NCBI GenBank assembly: GCA_030838075.1
Contig: JAUTXJ010000013.1
Coordinates: 1-50,495, forward strand
Direction: 5' to 3'
Origin: Acidobacteriaceae bacterium
GTDB taxonomy: Bacteria; Acidobacteriota; Terriglobia; Acidiferrales; UBA7541
DNA: 50,495 nt
Shown here: positions 8,586-19,080 of the stretch, in pieces
How the letters are laid out: every line of letters starts with the position of its first letter
Position numbering within the stretch: the stretch's first letter is position 1
Translations under genes and position numbers: made by a program
The notes under the pieces: model-generated
What the model was told of the DNA's origin: nothing
Database searches by the model: none
What the model saw: the letters and a program-made list of their open reading frames with translations, nothing else

Positions 8586-10247
8586 ATGCCTCTGCGCATC
8601 GAATACGTGATGCGTGTCTTAATCCTCAATCTGCGCTCGGAATCCCTTGAGGCAACCAGTCGCGCCTTGTCTGGCCAAGGCTACGAAGTCCTCACCGAAA
8701 CCGGGCTGACCGTCGAGCAAGTCCTGGCCCTTTCCCCCGAAGTATTAGTAACCGAAGTCACCCCTTCCGATCTCAGTTGCTGTGCTCTGGTCACGCAGCT
8801 TAAATCGCGCCCCGATACCGAGTCGCCACTCAAGATCGTGATCCTCGTCGAGGGTGGCGCGCTGGAGCGTGCTCGCGCACTGGACCTCGGCGCTGATGAC
8901 GCGATTTCCTTTCCTTTCGAACCAGTGGAATTTGCCGCCAGGATCCGCGCCCAATTCCGCGAGCGTAAGCCGCAAGAAGAGCTCAATACAATGCTCAAGT
9001 ACGCCGTGCAACGAGAGCATTTCGCGGATATCGCCGTCGAATCGCTGGGCGGCCCGGTCGCCAAACGACGCTTGTGGATGATCCCCGCCATTTTAGTGCT
9101 CAGCGCAGCTGCACTGATCGCGGCCGTCTATCTGGGCATTTCCGGCCGCGGTACGCGCAAGGAGACACGCCAGCTGCGGGCCGAAATCACGCGCCTGAGC
9201 TCCAGTGTGGGTCAACAAGGCGACTTCCAGCGCCGCACGGAGTTCACTCGCGGGGTGCTCGACGCGCAGTCGAAGTCCGCATCGGCCACCCGTGAATCTC
9301 TGAAAGCGCAATCTGCAGATCTCAACAAACGCGTCGCTCGCGGTGGCTCCGATGCCGACTCCCTGAAGCACCAGCTCGCAGACACCCAGAATCGTCTCAA
9401 GCTTCTGGAAAGCGAGGGCAAGATCGCCGAAAACGTCGTCCAGACCTACGGGCCCAGCGTTTGCTTGTTGCATGTTGTCGTTGAATTTCTCGACAAGGAG
9501 TCCGGCCGTCCAATCCAAGTCGCTGTAGATTCCGCCGGCAAACCACTGGTCGACGCCAAAGGCATGGTGACGCTCGATGAGGGCGGCCCAGGACCTCATC
9601 TTCAAATTGACGTGTTCGGTACCGGCTTTCCCGTCAAACGCGATGGCAAAATCATTACCAATCACCACGTGGTCGAACCTTGGTGGAAAGATGACGATCT
9701 GAAGAAACTTCTTGACCAGGGCGCCACCGCCTACGTTTTGTCCTACGAAGTTTACTTTCCCGGGAAAGCGGAGGGTGTGCGCGCCAAACTGGATCGCATT
9801 TCTCCGAAGGCTGACCTTGCTACTCTTCAGCTCGAAGCTCCGCTCCCGCCCAAAACCGCAGTGCTCGAACTGGACGATCGCACCCAAGCCACGGTGACTG
9901 GAGATGCGGTGGTGTTGATTGGTTATCCCACAGGAATCGAAGGCATTCTCGCCAGGGCCGGTAGCGATGTGTCCCAGAAAATCATCAACGGCACCCCAGA
10001 CGTGAATCTCATCATGTCGCAGCTCGCTTCGCAGCATCTCATCCGCCCCACCACCACGCAGGGCCACATCGGCGACGTGCTTGACGACAAGATTGTCTAC
10101 GACGCCGCCACTACCTCCGGCGGTTCAGGGGGACCGCTATTCAACCGCGATGGAAAAGTCATCGGAATAAATTTCGCGGTGCTCAGAGATTTCGGCGGCT
10201 CAAACCTCGCTGTCCCCGTCAAATACGCCAAAGACCTGCTAAGGTAA
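8586..10247 (+). CDS. Receiver-like domain + TM + coiled coil + trypsin-like serine protease
   Basis: ARALDLGADD receiver remnant, TM helix at about residues 164-184, protease motifs GTGF, ITNHHVV, ADLATL, TSGGSGGPL. Confidence 0.85.
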   Translation: MPLRIEYVMRVLILNLRSESLEATSRALSGQGYEVLTETGLTVEQVLALSPEVLVTEVTPSDLSCCALVTQLKSRPDTESPLKIVILVEGGALERARALDLGADDAISFPFEPVEFAARIRAQFRERKPQEELNTMLKYAVQREHFADIAVESLGGPVAKRRLWMIPAILVLSAAALIAAVYLGISGRGTRKETRQLRAEITRLSSSVGQQGDFQRRTEFTRGVLDAQSKSASATRESLKAQSADLNKRVARGGSDADSLKHQLADTQNRLKLLESEGKIAENVVQTYGPSVCLLHVVVEFLDKESGRPIQVAVDSAGKPLVDAKGMVTLDEGGPGPHLQIDVFGTGFPVKRDGKIITNHHVVEPWWKDDDLKKLLDQGATAYVLSYEVYFPGKAEGVRAKLDRISPKADLATLQLEAPLPPKTAVLELDDRTQATVTGDAVVLIGYPTGIEGILARAGSDVSQKIINGTPDVNLIMSQLASQHLIRPTTTQGHIGDVLDDKIVYDAATTSGGSGGPLFNRDGKVIGINFAVLRDFGGSNLAVPVKYAKDLLR

Positions 10248-10259
10248 AACCCTCGACGC

Positions 10260-11790
10260 GTGACGTGTCGGCTGGAGACTCTACAGTTGAGTGAAAGGAT
10301 CACATCGCGGCGTGATTTTATTGCGCTAACGGGAGTTGCCGCATGCTCTGCGCTGCTGTCCGCGAGCGCAAAGCTGAGGCCGGCGACGACGCATCCTGAG
10401 CTCTCAGGGTCAGAAGAAACTACACCGGATTACATCTTGCGTATTGCTGCAAGTCCGGTTGAAATCGCGCCAAAGCATATCGTCTCGACGATAACGTATA
10501 ACGGTCAGTTCCCAGGACCGTTGTTGCGTTTCAAAGAAAATCAGCCCACCACCGTTGAGATCCACAACGACACCGATGCCCCCGAGCAGTTGCATTGGCA
10601 CGGTCAGATGGTCTCTACAGAGGTGGATGGCGCGGCGGAAGAAGGTACACCATTCATTCCGGCGCATGGGATGCGCCGAATTTCGTTTACTCCTCGTCCG
10701 TCTGGTTTCCGGTTCTATCACACACATATTCGAGGCGGGGCCAACCTTAACGGTGGACAGTACAGCGGTCAGGTGGGCGGAGTTTACACTCGAGCCCCAA
10801 CACGAGCCGGGAAATTATGACCGCGAAGTTTTTCTGGTCCTTAAAGAATTTGAACCGTCTTTCAGTCAAGGTGGCGACATGGCTCAGGATTTTCTCGCGC
10901 CAGCCACGCGCGTCAAAGAGTTGGAGACGAGCGGCGAGTCTGCGATGAAGACGTCGCTGGCGAGGGGTATGCCGCACGGTTATGAGGTGGGCTATCAATA
11001 TTTCACAGTCAATGGACGCATGTTAGGACACGGGGAGCCGGTACGGGTCAAACAAGGCGAGCGCGTTCTCTTCCACGTGCTGAACGGAAGTGCCACTGAG
11101 ATTCGCAGTCTTGCATTACCCGGGCACACCTTTAGAGTCGTCGCGCTGGACGGCAACGCAGTTCCGAGTCTTGCCGAAGTGCCGGTGCTTTGGCTCGGGA
11201 CTGCGGAGCGGGTTTCAGTAGTCGTAGAGATGAATCATCCCGGTGTCTGGATCATGGGTGATTTGGCCGATGATGACCGCGGTCACGGAATGGGCATTGT
11301 CGTGGAGTATGCCGGCCATAGGGGAAAGGCGCTGTGGACGCCGCCAAAAGCCTCTCACTGGGATTATTCGCGTTTCGCAAAAACCGAGGCAACGACATCG
11401 GCGCCTGACGATACATTCGAGATGACGTTTGCGAAGGACAATGCCTCCGAAAAAGGTTTTAATCGCTGGACGATCAATGGAGTTGCTTTTCCGATGAGTC
11501 AGAGTGTCGCCCCTGCCTCTTTTCACTTGCGGCAGGGAAAGCGCTATCGCATCCGGATGCGTAACGCTAGCGACGACATTCATCCCATCCATCTTCATCG
11601 GCACAGTTTCGAGCTGACCAAGCTGGCCGGTAAATCCACCTCTGGCGTGATGAAGGATGTAGTGATGGTGGGCGGATACCAAGAGGTCGAGGTGGACTTT
11701 ACAGCCGCCAATCCTGGACTCACCTTATTTCATTGTCATCAGCAGTTGCACATGGACTTTGGCTTCATGACGTTGTTCGACTACGTTTGA
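10260..11790 (+). pseudogene. Tat-exported multicopper oxidase interrupted by a +1 frameshift at about 10789
   Basis: First frame has SRRDFI, LHWHG and FYHTH; second frame has HPIHLHRH and FHCHQQLHM. Removing one C in TACACTCGAG restores YIEP. Confidence 0.85.
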
Positions 11791-11834
11791 ACCATATTGA
11801 ATTCGCTTCGAATAACCGAGGCTTTCCAAGAGCG

Positions 11835-12287
11835 ATGTCGGTGAACCGAGAAGACGCCTGGCCGAATCGAGCGAGCAAGGCAATCCTGCTTATCCGTATT
11901 CTTGTCGGCTGGGTTTTTCTTGCCGAGGGCATTCAGAAATTTTTGTTCCCAGATTCCCTGGGCGTCGGGCGTTTTGTGAAGATCGGCATACCGTGGCCAC
12001 AAGTCATGGCTCCCTTTGTCGGAGTCGTCGAGATTGCCTGTGGCTCACTCCTGTTGGTCGGTCTTCTTACGCGGCTGATGACCGTACCGCTCCTCATCGA
12101 CATCGTTGTCGCGTTGTATTCCACCAAAATCGTGACGTTTGCAAAGATCGCGTTCTGGGGAACGCTGCATGAAGCCCGAATAGATGTAAGCATGCTATTG
12201 GGTCTAATCTTTTTGCCGTTGGTTGGTGGTGGCGCGTGGTCTGTAGACGCCTGGTTGGCAGAAAGACGAAACGCAATTCATGCCTGA
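11835..12287 (+). CDS. DoxX family membrane protein
   Basis: LLIRILVGWVFLAEGIQKF...GGGAWSVD. Confidence 0.88.
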   Translation: MSVNREDAWPNRASKAILLIRILVGWVFLAEGIQKFLFPDSLGVGRFVKIGIPWPQVMAPFVGVVEIACGSLLLVGLLTRLMTVPLLIDIVVALYSTKIVTFAKIAFWGTLHEARIDVSMLLGLIFLPLVGGGAWSVDAWLAERRNAIHA

Positions 12288-13449
12288 ACAACCAGCACTC
12301 CACTCCGAAAATCTCATCTCCGAAAAAAGACAAGTTCCTCTTGGCGAGCTTGCATTGTTCTTTCTCCGGCTAGGCACGACAGCGTTTGGAGGGCCCGCGG
12401 CGCACATCGCCGTCATGGAATATGAACTGGTTCGCAGACGAGCTTGGCTTTCACGAGAAAAATTTCTCGATCTCCTTGGCGCGAGCAATCTCATTCCTGG
12501 CCCGAGCTCAAGTGAATTGGCGATTCACATCGGTTATCTCTGCGCTGGTTGGAGAGGGCTGCTGGTTGCAGGAAGTTGTTTCATCCTCCCCGCAACGCTG
12601 ATGGTCGGTGGCCTGGCGTCGTTATACGTCCGTTTTGGGAAGCTCCCGGCGATGGCGGGCATTCTGTTTGGCATCAAGCCGGTGGTCATCAGTGTCATTT
12701 TGCAAGCGCTGTGGAACCTCGGACGAACAGCGGTAAAGACAACGTTTCTCGCCATTGTTGCGGGAATCTCTTTATTGTTATCTGCCTTCGGTTTGCATCC
12801 TCTGCTGTTGCTTGTTTTGGCTGGAGTGGTAGCGTGCCTCCCTGCTCTAAAGACCTCTCGTGCACTCTTTTCGATCCATGCCACGGGCTTGATAAGCTCA
12901 GCAGCGGCAACAGCCGTATCGTTCAGTTTGATTTCGTTGTTTCTGGTCTTTTTAAAAATCGGCGCGACCGTATTCGGAAGCGGCTATGTTCTGTTGGCTT
13001 TCCTTAGGGCTGACCTGGTAACCCATAGGGGGTGGCTGACGGACGCGCAACTCGTCGACGCAGTTGCTGTTGGGCAAGTGACGCCTGGGCCAGTTTTCAC
13101 CACAGCTACTTTTATTGGTTTCGTCTTGGGTGGTATTCGCGGTGCTGTCCTTTCCACTGTGGGCATCTTCCTTCCTGCATTTCTGCTGGTCGCAGTGAGC
13201 GGCCCGATTGTGCCGCGAATTCGACAATCGAAAATTGCGGGGGCCTTTCTCGATGGCGTTAACGTCGGATCGCTAGCACTGATGGCTGCGGTCACGTGGC
13301 AGCTGGGTCGCGCGTCTCTCGTTGACACGATTACCGTGCTTTTGGCAGTGGTGTCGCTGATCGCCTTGTTGCGGTTTCGCGTGAATTCCGTTTGGCTTAT
13401 CTTGCTCGGTGCGATTACCGGTTTGATCGCGACTGCATTTCATCGATAG
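12280..13449 (+). CDS. chrA: Chromate efflux transporter (CHR family)
   Basis: Two CHR repeats: AFGGPAAH...IPGPSSSE and FGSGY...GQVTPGP. Confidence 0.93.
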   Translation: MPEQPALHSENLISEKRQVPLGELALFFLRLGTTAFGGPAAHIAVMEYELVRRRAWLSREKFLDLLGASNLIPGPSSSELAIHIGYLCAGWRGLLVAGSCFILPATLMVGGLASLYVRFGKLPAMAGILFGIKPVVISVILQALWNLGRTAVKTTFLAIVAGISLLLSAFGLHPLLLLVLAGVVACLPALKTSRALFSIHATGLISSAAATAVSFSLISLFLVFLKIGATVFGSGYVLLAFLRADLVTHRGWLTDAQLVDAVAVGQVTPGPVFTTATFIGFVLGGIRGAVLSTVGIFLPAFLLVAVSGPIVPRIRQSKIAGAFLDGVNVGSLALMAAVTWQLGRASLVDTITVLLAVVSLIALLRFRVNSVWLILLGAITGLIATAFHR

Positions 13450-13585
13450 CAAGACTCTGGATCGCAACCACTCTGGTCGGGTCGCCTGCCAGCGCGATCA
13501 CGAAAGATTTTCGGAGCTTGCACACATCCACAACCGGAAATAGCCGCGAAGACAAAAGTATTCCCCTCGGATTACACTTACTACC

Positions 13586-15130
13586 ATGTCGACGATTAGC
13601 AGACGCGGATTCCTGGCCACATCTGCACTGTCTCTTGCTGGCTCCCGTCTTTATTCTCAACCCGCCGCGGCTTCGGCAGTCACGCTGAAAATTTCAACCG
13701 ACGCCACGGGGCCGCACATGCCTGCGGATTTCGTGGGACTGTCCTATGAAGTGCAGCAACTCACTGACCCGACTTTCTTCGCAGCCAGCAATGATGGATT
13801 AATCCGCCAATTCAAAGCGCTGGCGCCGCACGGCGTGCTTCGACTCGGAGGCAATACCAGCGAGTTCGGCTGGTGGAAACCCGCGCCCGACTCCGCTGAG
13901 CCTGAGCACTCGCAACTCCCCGAGGTCGAAGGCTGGCCCAAGCCGCAGTATTACGCCGTAACCCCCGAGGCAGTGCGAAATCTGGCGGCATTTTTGAGCG
14001 CCACCGGGTGGAGCTGTCTTTATGGCATCGGCATGGGAACCAACACGCCTCAGCGCGCGACCGAAGAAGCTGCGTTCGTGGCAGAGACTCTCGGCGCAAG
14101 CTTGCAGTATTTCCAGATTGGCAACGAAGCCGATTTCTTCGGCCGCCACAACATGCGCGATCCAAAGACCTGGTCCGCGAAAACTTATTTGGAGGAGTGG
14201 CTCTCTCTTGCCCGGGCCGTCACTTCCCGTGTGCCCGCCGCAAAGTTCGGAATGCCTGATGTTGGATCGGAAGCTTCGTGGCTGACGGAGATCGCGGATT
14301 TATGGCCTTCGGTCCAGAATCCGCCGCAGGTGACAACGCTTTCTCACCACTATTACTTTGGAGGGCCAGCGACAAATCCCGAGGTCAACATTCCCAACCT
14401 GCTAAAGCCCGCGACTATGGCCAGAGTCCAGCACACCGCTGATGTCGCGACCACTGCGGCAAATAAGATGGGCGTCCGTGTGCGGATGACCGAAGGCAAC
14501 ACTTGTTATCGTGGCGGCAAGCCCGGTGTGTCCGACGTTTTCGCTGCGGCATTGTGGGCTGCGGACTATTCGCTCTTGCTCGCCAGCAACAACTATTCCG
14601 GCATCAATTTGCACGGCGGCACCGGCAAATCCGTCGCAAACTCCGTGGGAGGTTTCCTCCCGGGCGACGTCCTTCTCAAAGAAAAAGGCGAAAGCCCGGA
14701 GCTGATCGCCACTCATCCTCATCCCTTCTACACTCCCATTGCGACGTTCGGCTCAGAGTACCTGATGGAGCCGGTCGCCTATGGCCTGAAGTTCGCCGGC
14801 GAGCTCAGTGGCGGCACCCTTATCAAGGGTGACTTCACCTCTCAACTTCAGGCCACGGGAGTGGACGCAACCGCGTATGCCGCGACACTTCCCGGCGGGC
14901 AAGTGTCGGGAATTGTTCTTAACAAAGACACCCAGCAGAATGCTCAAGTGACTTTCGATTTTGGAACCGGAAGAACAGGAACAGTTGAGACGAAGACGCT
15001 GCGGGCTTCAGCACTGGATAGCCGCGAGGCTCACATCACATCGTCTTCAGAGTCCGGCCATCTCCAGGGCGGCAAGTACACCGTGACCGTGCCTCGCGCG
15101 ACAGGAGTCTGCCTGACCCTTAGCAAATAA
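13586..15130 (+). CDS. Tat-exported glycoside hydrolase family 79
   Basis: SRRGFL Tat motif; LRLGGN, IGNEAD (acid/base), MTEGN (nucleophile), GVSDVFAAALW. Confidence 0.85.
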   Translation: MSTISRRGFLATSALSLAGSRLYSQPAAASAVTLKISTDATGPHMPADFVGLSYEVQQLTDPTFFAASNDGLIRQFKALAPHGVLRLGGNTSEFGWWKPAPDSAEPEHSQLPEVEGWPKPQYYAVTPEAVRNLAAFLSATGWSCLYGIGMGTNTPQRATEEAAFVAETLGASLQYFQIGNEADFFGRHNMRDPKTWSAKTYLEEWLSLARAVTSRVPAAKFGMPDVGSEASWLTEIADLWPSVQNPPQVTTLSHHYYFGGPATNPEVNIPNLLKPATMARVQHTADVATTAANKMGVRVRMTEGNTCYRGGKPGVSDVFAAALWAADYSLLLASNNYSGINLHGGTGKSVANSVGGFLPGDVLLKEKGESPELIATHPHPFYTPIATFGSEYLMEPVAYGLKFAGELSGGTLIKGDFTSQLQATGVDATAYAATLPGGQVSGIVLNKDTQQNAQVTFDFGTGRTGTVETKTLRASALDSREAHITSSSESGHLQGGKYTVTVPRATGVCLTLSK

Positions 15131-15233
15131 TCCGACATGCAGCTCGGCCTTCCAATACTCGAGCATCTGTCTCGTGGTTATTCCGCTTCCAACCAGGTAC
15201 ATCTGCGTAGTGACGATAGGCGAGTAACGTTTC

Positions 15234-15977
15234 GTGACCTGGATTTCTGGATCGAAGACCCGAGACGCTGTTGAATTGGCCGTCGGTTATGTGCTCGTTT
15301 TGCTTGCCGAGTGGATTCCCAATCCGGCAGCGCAGCGGTTTTTGTTCTGGTTCACGCTAGCGTGGGTAATTGTCGCGACATTTCTCGCAAAGCCGGATGT
15401 ACGAACGCTTGGTCTCCGGCCTTCGAATGCGCATTCTGCCTGGATCGTTCCGGCCATAGTGCTTCTTGGCGCAGTCGCTATTTGGATGGCGTCTCAGCTC
15501 CATACCCTCCATGATTTTTCTATGGGCACGCTGATGGGTCGGGTGCGTGGATATTTAGTGTGGTCGTTGCTGCAACAATTCATGCTGCAGGATTATTTTC
15601 TTCTTCGGCTATTACGGTTAATGCCCGGCAAAGCCGTCGCAGTATCGGCGACAGCCATCCTGTTCGCAAGCGTGCACATTCCAAACCCGGTTCTTATTTT
15701 AGGCACTTTGTTGTGGGGCATGGCGGCGTGCATTTTATTTTTACGTTACCGCGATCTGTACTCCCTGGGAGTTGCGCACTGCCTTCTGGGCATATGTATC
15801 GCGGTCACAGTTCCGGCCCACATACATCACGGGATGCGCGTGGGCCTTGGTTATTTCCTGTATCGGCCGCGCGTGGAACGCACTCACTTCAGCCAGATGG
15901 ACCAGATGGTGTCGACGGAAGCATGGGTGATCGCGGATGCCGCCAATCGGTGTTCGGCTCGCCAGGCTCGACCATAG
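15234..15977 (+). CDS. CPBP (Abi/CAAX) family intramembrane protease-like protein
   Basis: Multiple TM helices, LFASVHIPN and AHCLLG motifs; QQ where active members have EE. Confidence 0.75.
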   Translation: MTWISGSKTRDAVELAVGYVLVLLAEWIPNPAAQRFLFWFTLAWVIVATFLAKPDVRTLGLRPSNAHSAWIVPAIVLLGAVAIWMASQLHTLHDFSMGTLMGRVRGYLVWSLLQQFMLQDYFLLRLLRLMPGKAVAVSATAILFASVHIPNPVLILGTLLWGMAACILFLRYRDLYSLGVAHCLLGICIAVTVPAHIHHGMRVGLGYFLYRPRVERTHFSQMDQMVSTEAWVIADAANRCSARQARP

Positions 15978-16762
15978 AAAATGCCCGCGAACGTGGCTAA
16001 TAAAACATAGCGCCAGTTGAAGTGCGTCGCGCCTTTGTTGAAGTGCGATAAACCAAATATGGGAGACGTCACCAACAACGACCATCGCGGCCCGATGCGG
16101 CGTTCCAGCAGATTCTGCAGCAGCCCGCGAAAATAGGTTTCCTCCAGCACGGCTATGACGGCGAAAATAGCAAGCCACGATAGCGCAAAGCGGACAAACG
16201 ACGGCAGCACTGCGTGCCAATGCAAAAACTCTAACCACAGTCCTAAGGGAACGGCGATCGGCGTATAGAAAACTAACTCGCGCAGGCCAATCTTCACGTC
16301 CGAGAACCTAGGCACAAAGTGAAATCCAACATTGGTGAGCTGGCGGATCACCAGGAATCCATACACTGCCGTATCCAGCAAAATCAGCCGATTGAACGAA
16401 CCCCTACCAGTCGGCCACGCCCCTTCGAACAGTTTAAACTCCACCACTACACCCAGAATTAGCAGCACCAGAAAATCGCGCCAGTCACCGCGCTGCTCTG
16501 GATCGCGCCTGCTCGCATCCCACATGAGGATCACCAGAGCGACCGGTAGTAGCGCGTACAGGGCGACAAACGACCACCTGAAATTTTCGCTGGAATGTGC
16601 GACCAGGTAATACGGAATCGCCGCGAGAACTGGTAAGCCCACCCGCACCGGCAAGGGGAAGCGCGTCACGGCCCGTCGGGATGGCTCGCCAAGAAATGCG
16701 AGCGCCAACAACGGAAAAAGCAGGAAGGCTTCAGCTGCTACTTCTAAAGGCGTGAAATGCAT
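15884..16762 (-). CDS. CPBP (Abi/CAAX) family intramembrane metalloprotease
   Basis: LEETYFRG, FGLSHF and THASVD motifs. Confidence 0.9.
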   Translation of the reverse strand: MHFTPLEVAAEAFLLFPLLALAFLGEPSRRAVTRFPLPVRVGLPVLAAIPYYLVAHSSENFRWSFVALYALLPVALVILMWDASRRDPEQRGDWRDFLVLLILGVVVEFKLFEGAWPTGRGSFNRLILLDTAVYGFLVIRQLTNVGFHFVPRFSDVKIGLRELVFYTPIAVPLGLWLEFLHWHAVLPSFVRFALSWLAIFAVIAVLEETYFRGLLQNLLERRIGPRWSLLVTSPIFGLSHFNKGATHFNWRYVLLATFAGIFYGRAWRAEHRLAASAITHASVDTIWSIWLK

Positions 16763-16823
16763 GCTTCATAACCGCGCACCGGTCTGTCGCTGCTAAAGGT
16801 AGAGTGCCGGAACGATGCGAGGC

Positions 16824-18878
16824 TCACCAGATCTTACAGGCCTGCTCGCGAACCATCGGGTCGCCCTTTTTGCACCCGAAGGCTTTGGCAAATGCTTCCA
16901 TGTTGGAAACGGGCCCATTCCCGCGGAAATGCGCCAGCGGATGAGGATCCGTATTGGTTTGGAGCCGCGCCGCCTCGGCACGCTGATTCGTACCCCACAC
17001 CTGTTCCCATCCCAGGAAAAACCGCTGCTCCGGCGTAAAGCCATCGATATCTTTCGGGCGCTTCGCTTCAATCGATCTTTCGTAAGCCGCGTACGCGATG
17101 GACAATCCGCCGAGATCGCCAATGCTTTCGCCCAGCACCAGCTTGCCGTTCTGATGTAAACCCGGTTCCACTTCATAACTATTGAACTGGTTCACAACGC
17201 AATCGCCGCGCTCCGTAAAATTTTTGCGGTCGTCCGGCGTCCACCACTCGTGCAGATTTCCCTTGCCATCAAATTTGGAACCCTGGTCGTCAAAGCCATG
17301 GCTGATTTCGTGGCCGATTACCGCGCCAATTCCGCCATAATTCACGGCGTCGTCCGCTTTGGGATCATAAAAAGGCGGCTGAAGTATTCCCGCGGGAAAA
17401 ACAATCTCATTCATCGTTCCGCTGTAGTAGGCATTCACAGTGGGCGGCGTCATCCCCCACTCGGTGCGGTCCACGGGCTTTCCAATTTTGCTGAGCTGCC
17501 GCGCGGTTTCAAAGGTCCTGGCGCGCCGCACGTTGGCGTCATACGAGCCGCGATCAATTGTCAACTTGGAATAATCCCGCCACTTATCGGTGTAGCCGAT
17601 CTTCACGTTGAACGCTTCGAGCTTGTCCAGCGCCTCTTTCTTGGTCTCTGGCCCCATCCACGAGAGTGTGGGGATATCCGCGCGCAGCGCAGCAATCAGA
17701 TTGTTGACCATTTCTTTTGCCCGGGCTTTGGCCGCAGGCGGGAAATATTTCTCGACGTAAACTTGCCCCAGCGCTTCCCCGAGGTTGCGGTCCGTCGAGA
17801 GCGCACAGCGCTTCCACCGCGGCAACATCTCCTTCGTTCCGGAAAGCTTGCGCTCATAGAAATCAAAATCTTCTTGCACAAATTTCTCCGGCAAAGCTGG
17901 AGCATTTTCGTGAATCACATGCCAGCGCAAATAAGTTTTCCAGTCGTTCAGCGAAACGCTGCCGAGCTCCTGATTCATTTCCTTGAAAAACTCCGGCTGA
18001 CGGATGTTCACTTGCTCCACCGGTGGAGCGCCGACAGCTTTCAAATATCCTTCCCAGGACCAGTCCGGAGTAACGCTCTTCGTCTCCGAAATCGGCATCA
18101 GGTTGTAATTTTTCTCCGGATCGCGCAACTCCACACGGGTCTTCGAAGCCTTGGCCAGCGCCGTTTCAATGCCCATGATCGTCTTGGCTTCAGCCTCCGC
18201 TTTGTCCGTCGGATCCCCAGCCAGTTCCATCATTTTCGCGATGTGTTTTTCGTAGTCCTCTCGCAACTGTTTGGATTTCGCGTCGTCGCGCAAATAATAA
18301 TCGCGATCCGGCATGCCCAGTCCACCCTGGCTGGCAATGGCAATAATTCGGGTGCTGTCCTTGATGTCTTGTCCCGAGCCAAAGCGAAAAACCGCGTTAC
18401 TGCCTTCGCGCTGCAGGTGAGCGATCACGGCGTCCAGCGATTTACGATCGGTGATGCCATTCACCGCGGCAAGTTCGCCCTCGATCGGTTTCAGCCCCGC
18501 AGTTTCAATCGCCGAAGTGTCCATGCAGCTCGCGTAAAACGCGCCGATTTTCTGCTCATTCGAACCCGCGGGCGCGTTACTCTTCACCGCGGCATCCAGA
18601 ATGGTTCGCATCGCCGTCAAATTAGTGTCCCGCAGTTGAGTGAACGTGCCCCAAGTCGCATACTCCGCTGGAATGGGATTTGCTTTCAGCCATCCGCCCA
18701 TCGCAAATTCATAAAAATCGTCGCAAGGTTTGCAGGTCCTATCCAGATTACTCAACGCGAAACCCCACGACGTGTCACCAGCAGCCCGAGCCTTGACGTG
18801 CCCGCCAAACGTGAGCAGCAACCCCAGGCACAACAACACCGCGAATCCAGCTCCCGGCAGCAAACGCTTCGATCGCAT
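16824..18878 (-). CDS. M13 family metallopeptidase (neprilysin/PepO-like)
   Basis: VNAYY, GHEISHGFD (HExxH), GESIGDLGG and DPHP motifs; signal peptide. Confidence 0.96.
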   Translation of the reverse strand: MRSKRLLPGAGFAVLLCLGLLLTFGGHVKARAAGDTSWGFALSNLDRTCKPCDDFYEFAMGGWLKANPIPAEYATWGTFTQLRDTNLTAMRTILDAAVKSNAPAGSNEQKIGAFYASCMDTSAIETAGLKPIEGELAAVNGITDRKSLDAVIAHLQREGSNAVFRFGSGQDIKDSTRIIAIASQGGLGMPDRDYYLRDDAKSKQLREDYEKHIAKMMELAGDPTDKAEAEAKTIMGIETALAKASKTRVELRDPEKNYNLMPISETKSVTPDWSWEGYLKAVGAPPVEQVNIRQPEFFKEMNQELGSVSLNDWKTYLRWHVIHENAPALPEKFVQEDFDFYERKLSGTKEMLPRWKRCALSTDRNLGEALGQVYVEKYFPPAAKARAKEMVNNLIAALRADIPTLSWMGPETKKEALDKLEAFNVKIGYTDKWRDYSKLTIDRGSYDANVRRARTFETARQLSKIGKPVDRTEWGMTPPTVNAYYSGTMNEIVFPAGILQPPFYDPKADDAVNYGGIGAVIGHEISHGFDDQGSKFDGKGNLHEWWTPDDRKNFTERGDCVVNQFNSYEVEPGLHQNGKLVLGESIGDLGGLSIAYAAYERSIEAKRPKDIDGFTPEQRFFLGWEQVWGTNQRAEAARLQTNTDPHPLAHFRGNGPVSNMEAFAKAFGCKKGDPMVREQACKIW

Positions 18879-19080
18879 GCAGAATTTCCTCCGTTAGAAA
18901 ACGCCTTTCCCGCCAACACAAATGTCGGACGCATTTGCCTTGGAACTGAGTGGATAGACTCTATCCTACATCTTTAATTGCTGACATATCTGCCTGCGCC
19001 AGCTAAGCACACCTGCGTATTTGGCTTGCAAAGCGTCGAACGGGCGAATTTGGCCGCACGGTCCCTCCGAGTGTGCGGCC

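Noticed and set aside
9093-10067. 324-aa minus-strand ORF
   Set aside because: Antisense shadow of the protease fusion gene.
17250-18977. 575-aa plus-strand ORF
   Set aside because: Antisense shadow of the M13 peptidase, with no motifs or RBS.
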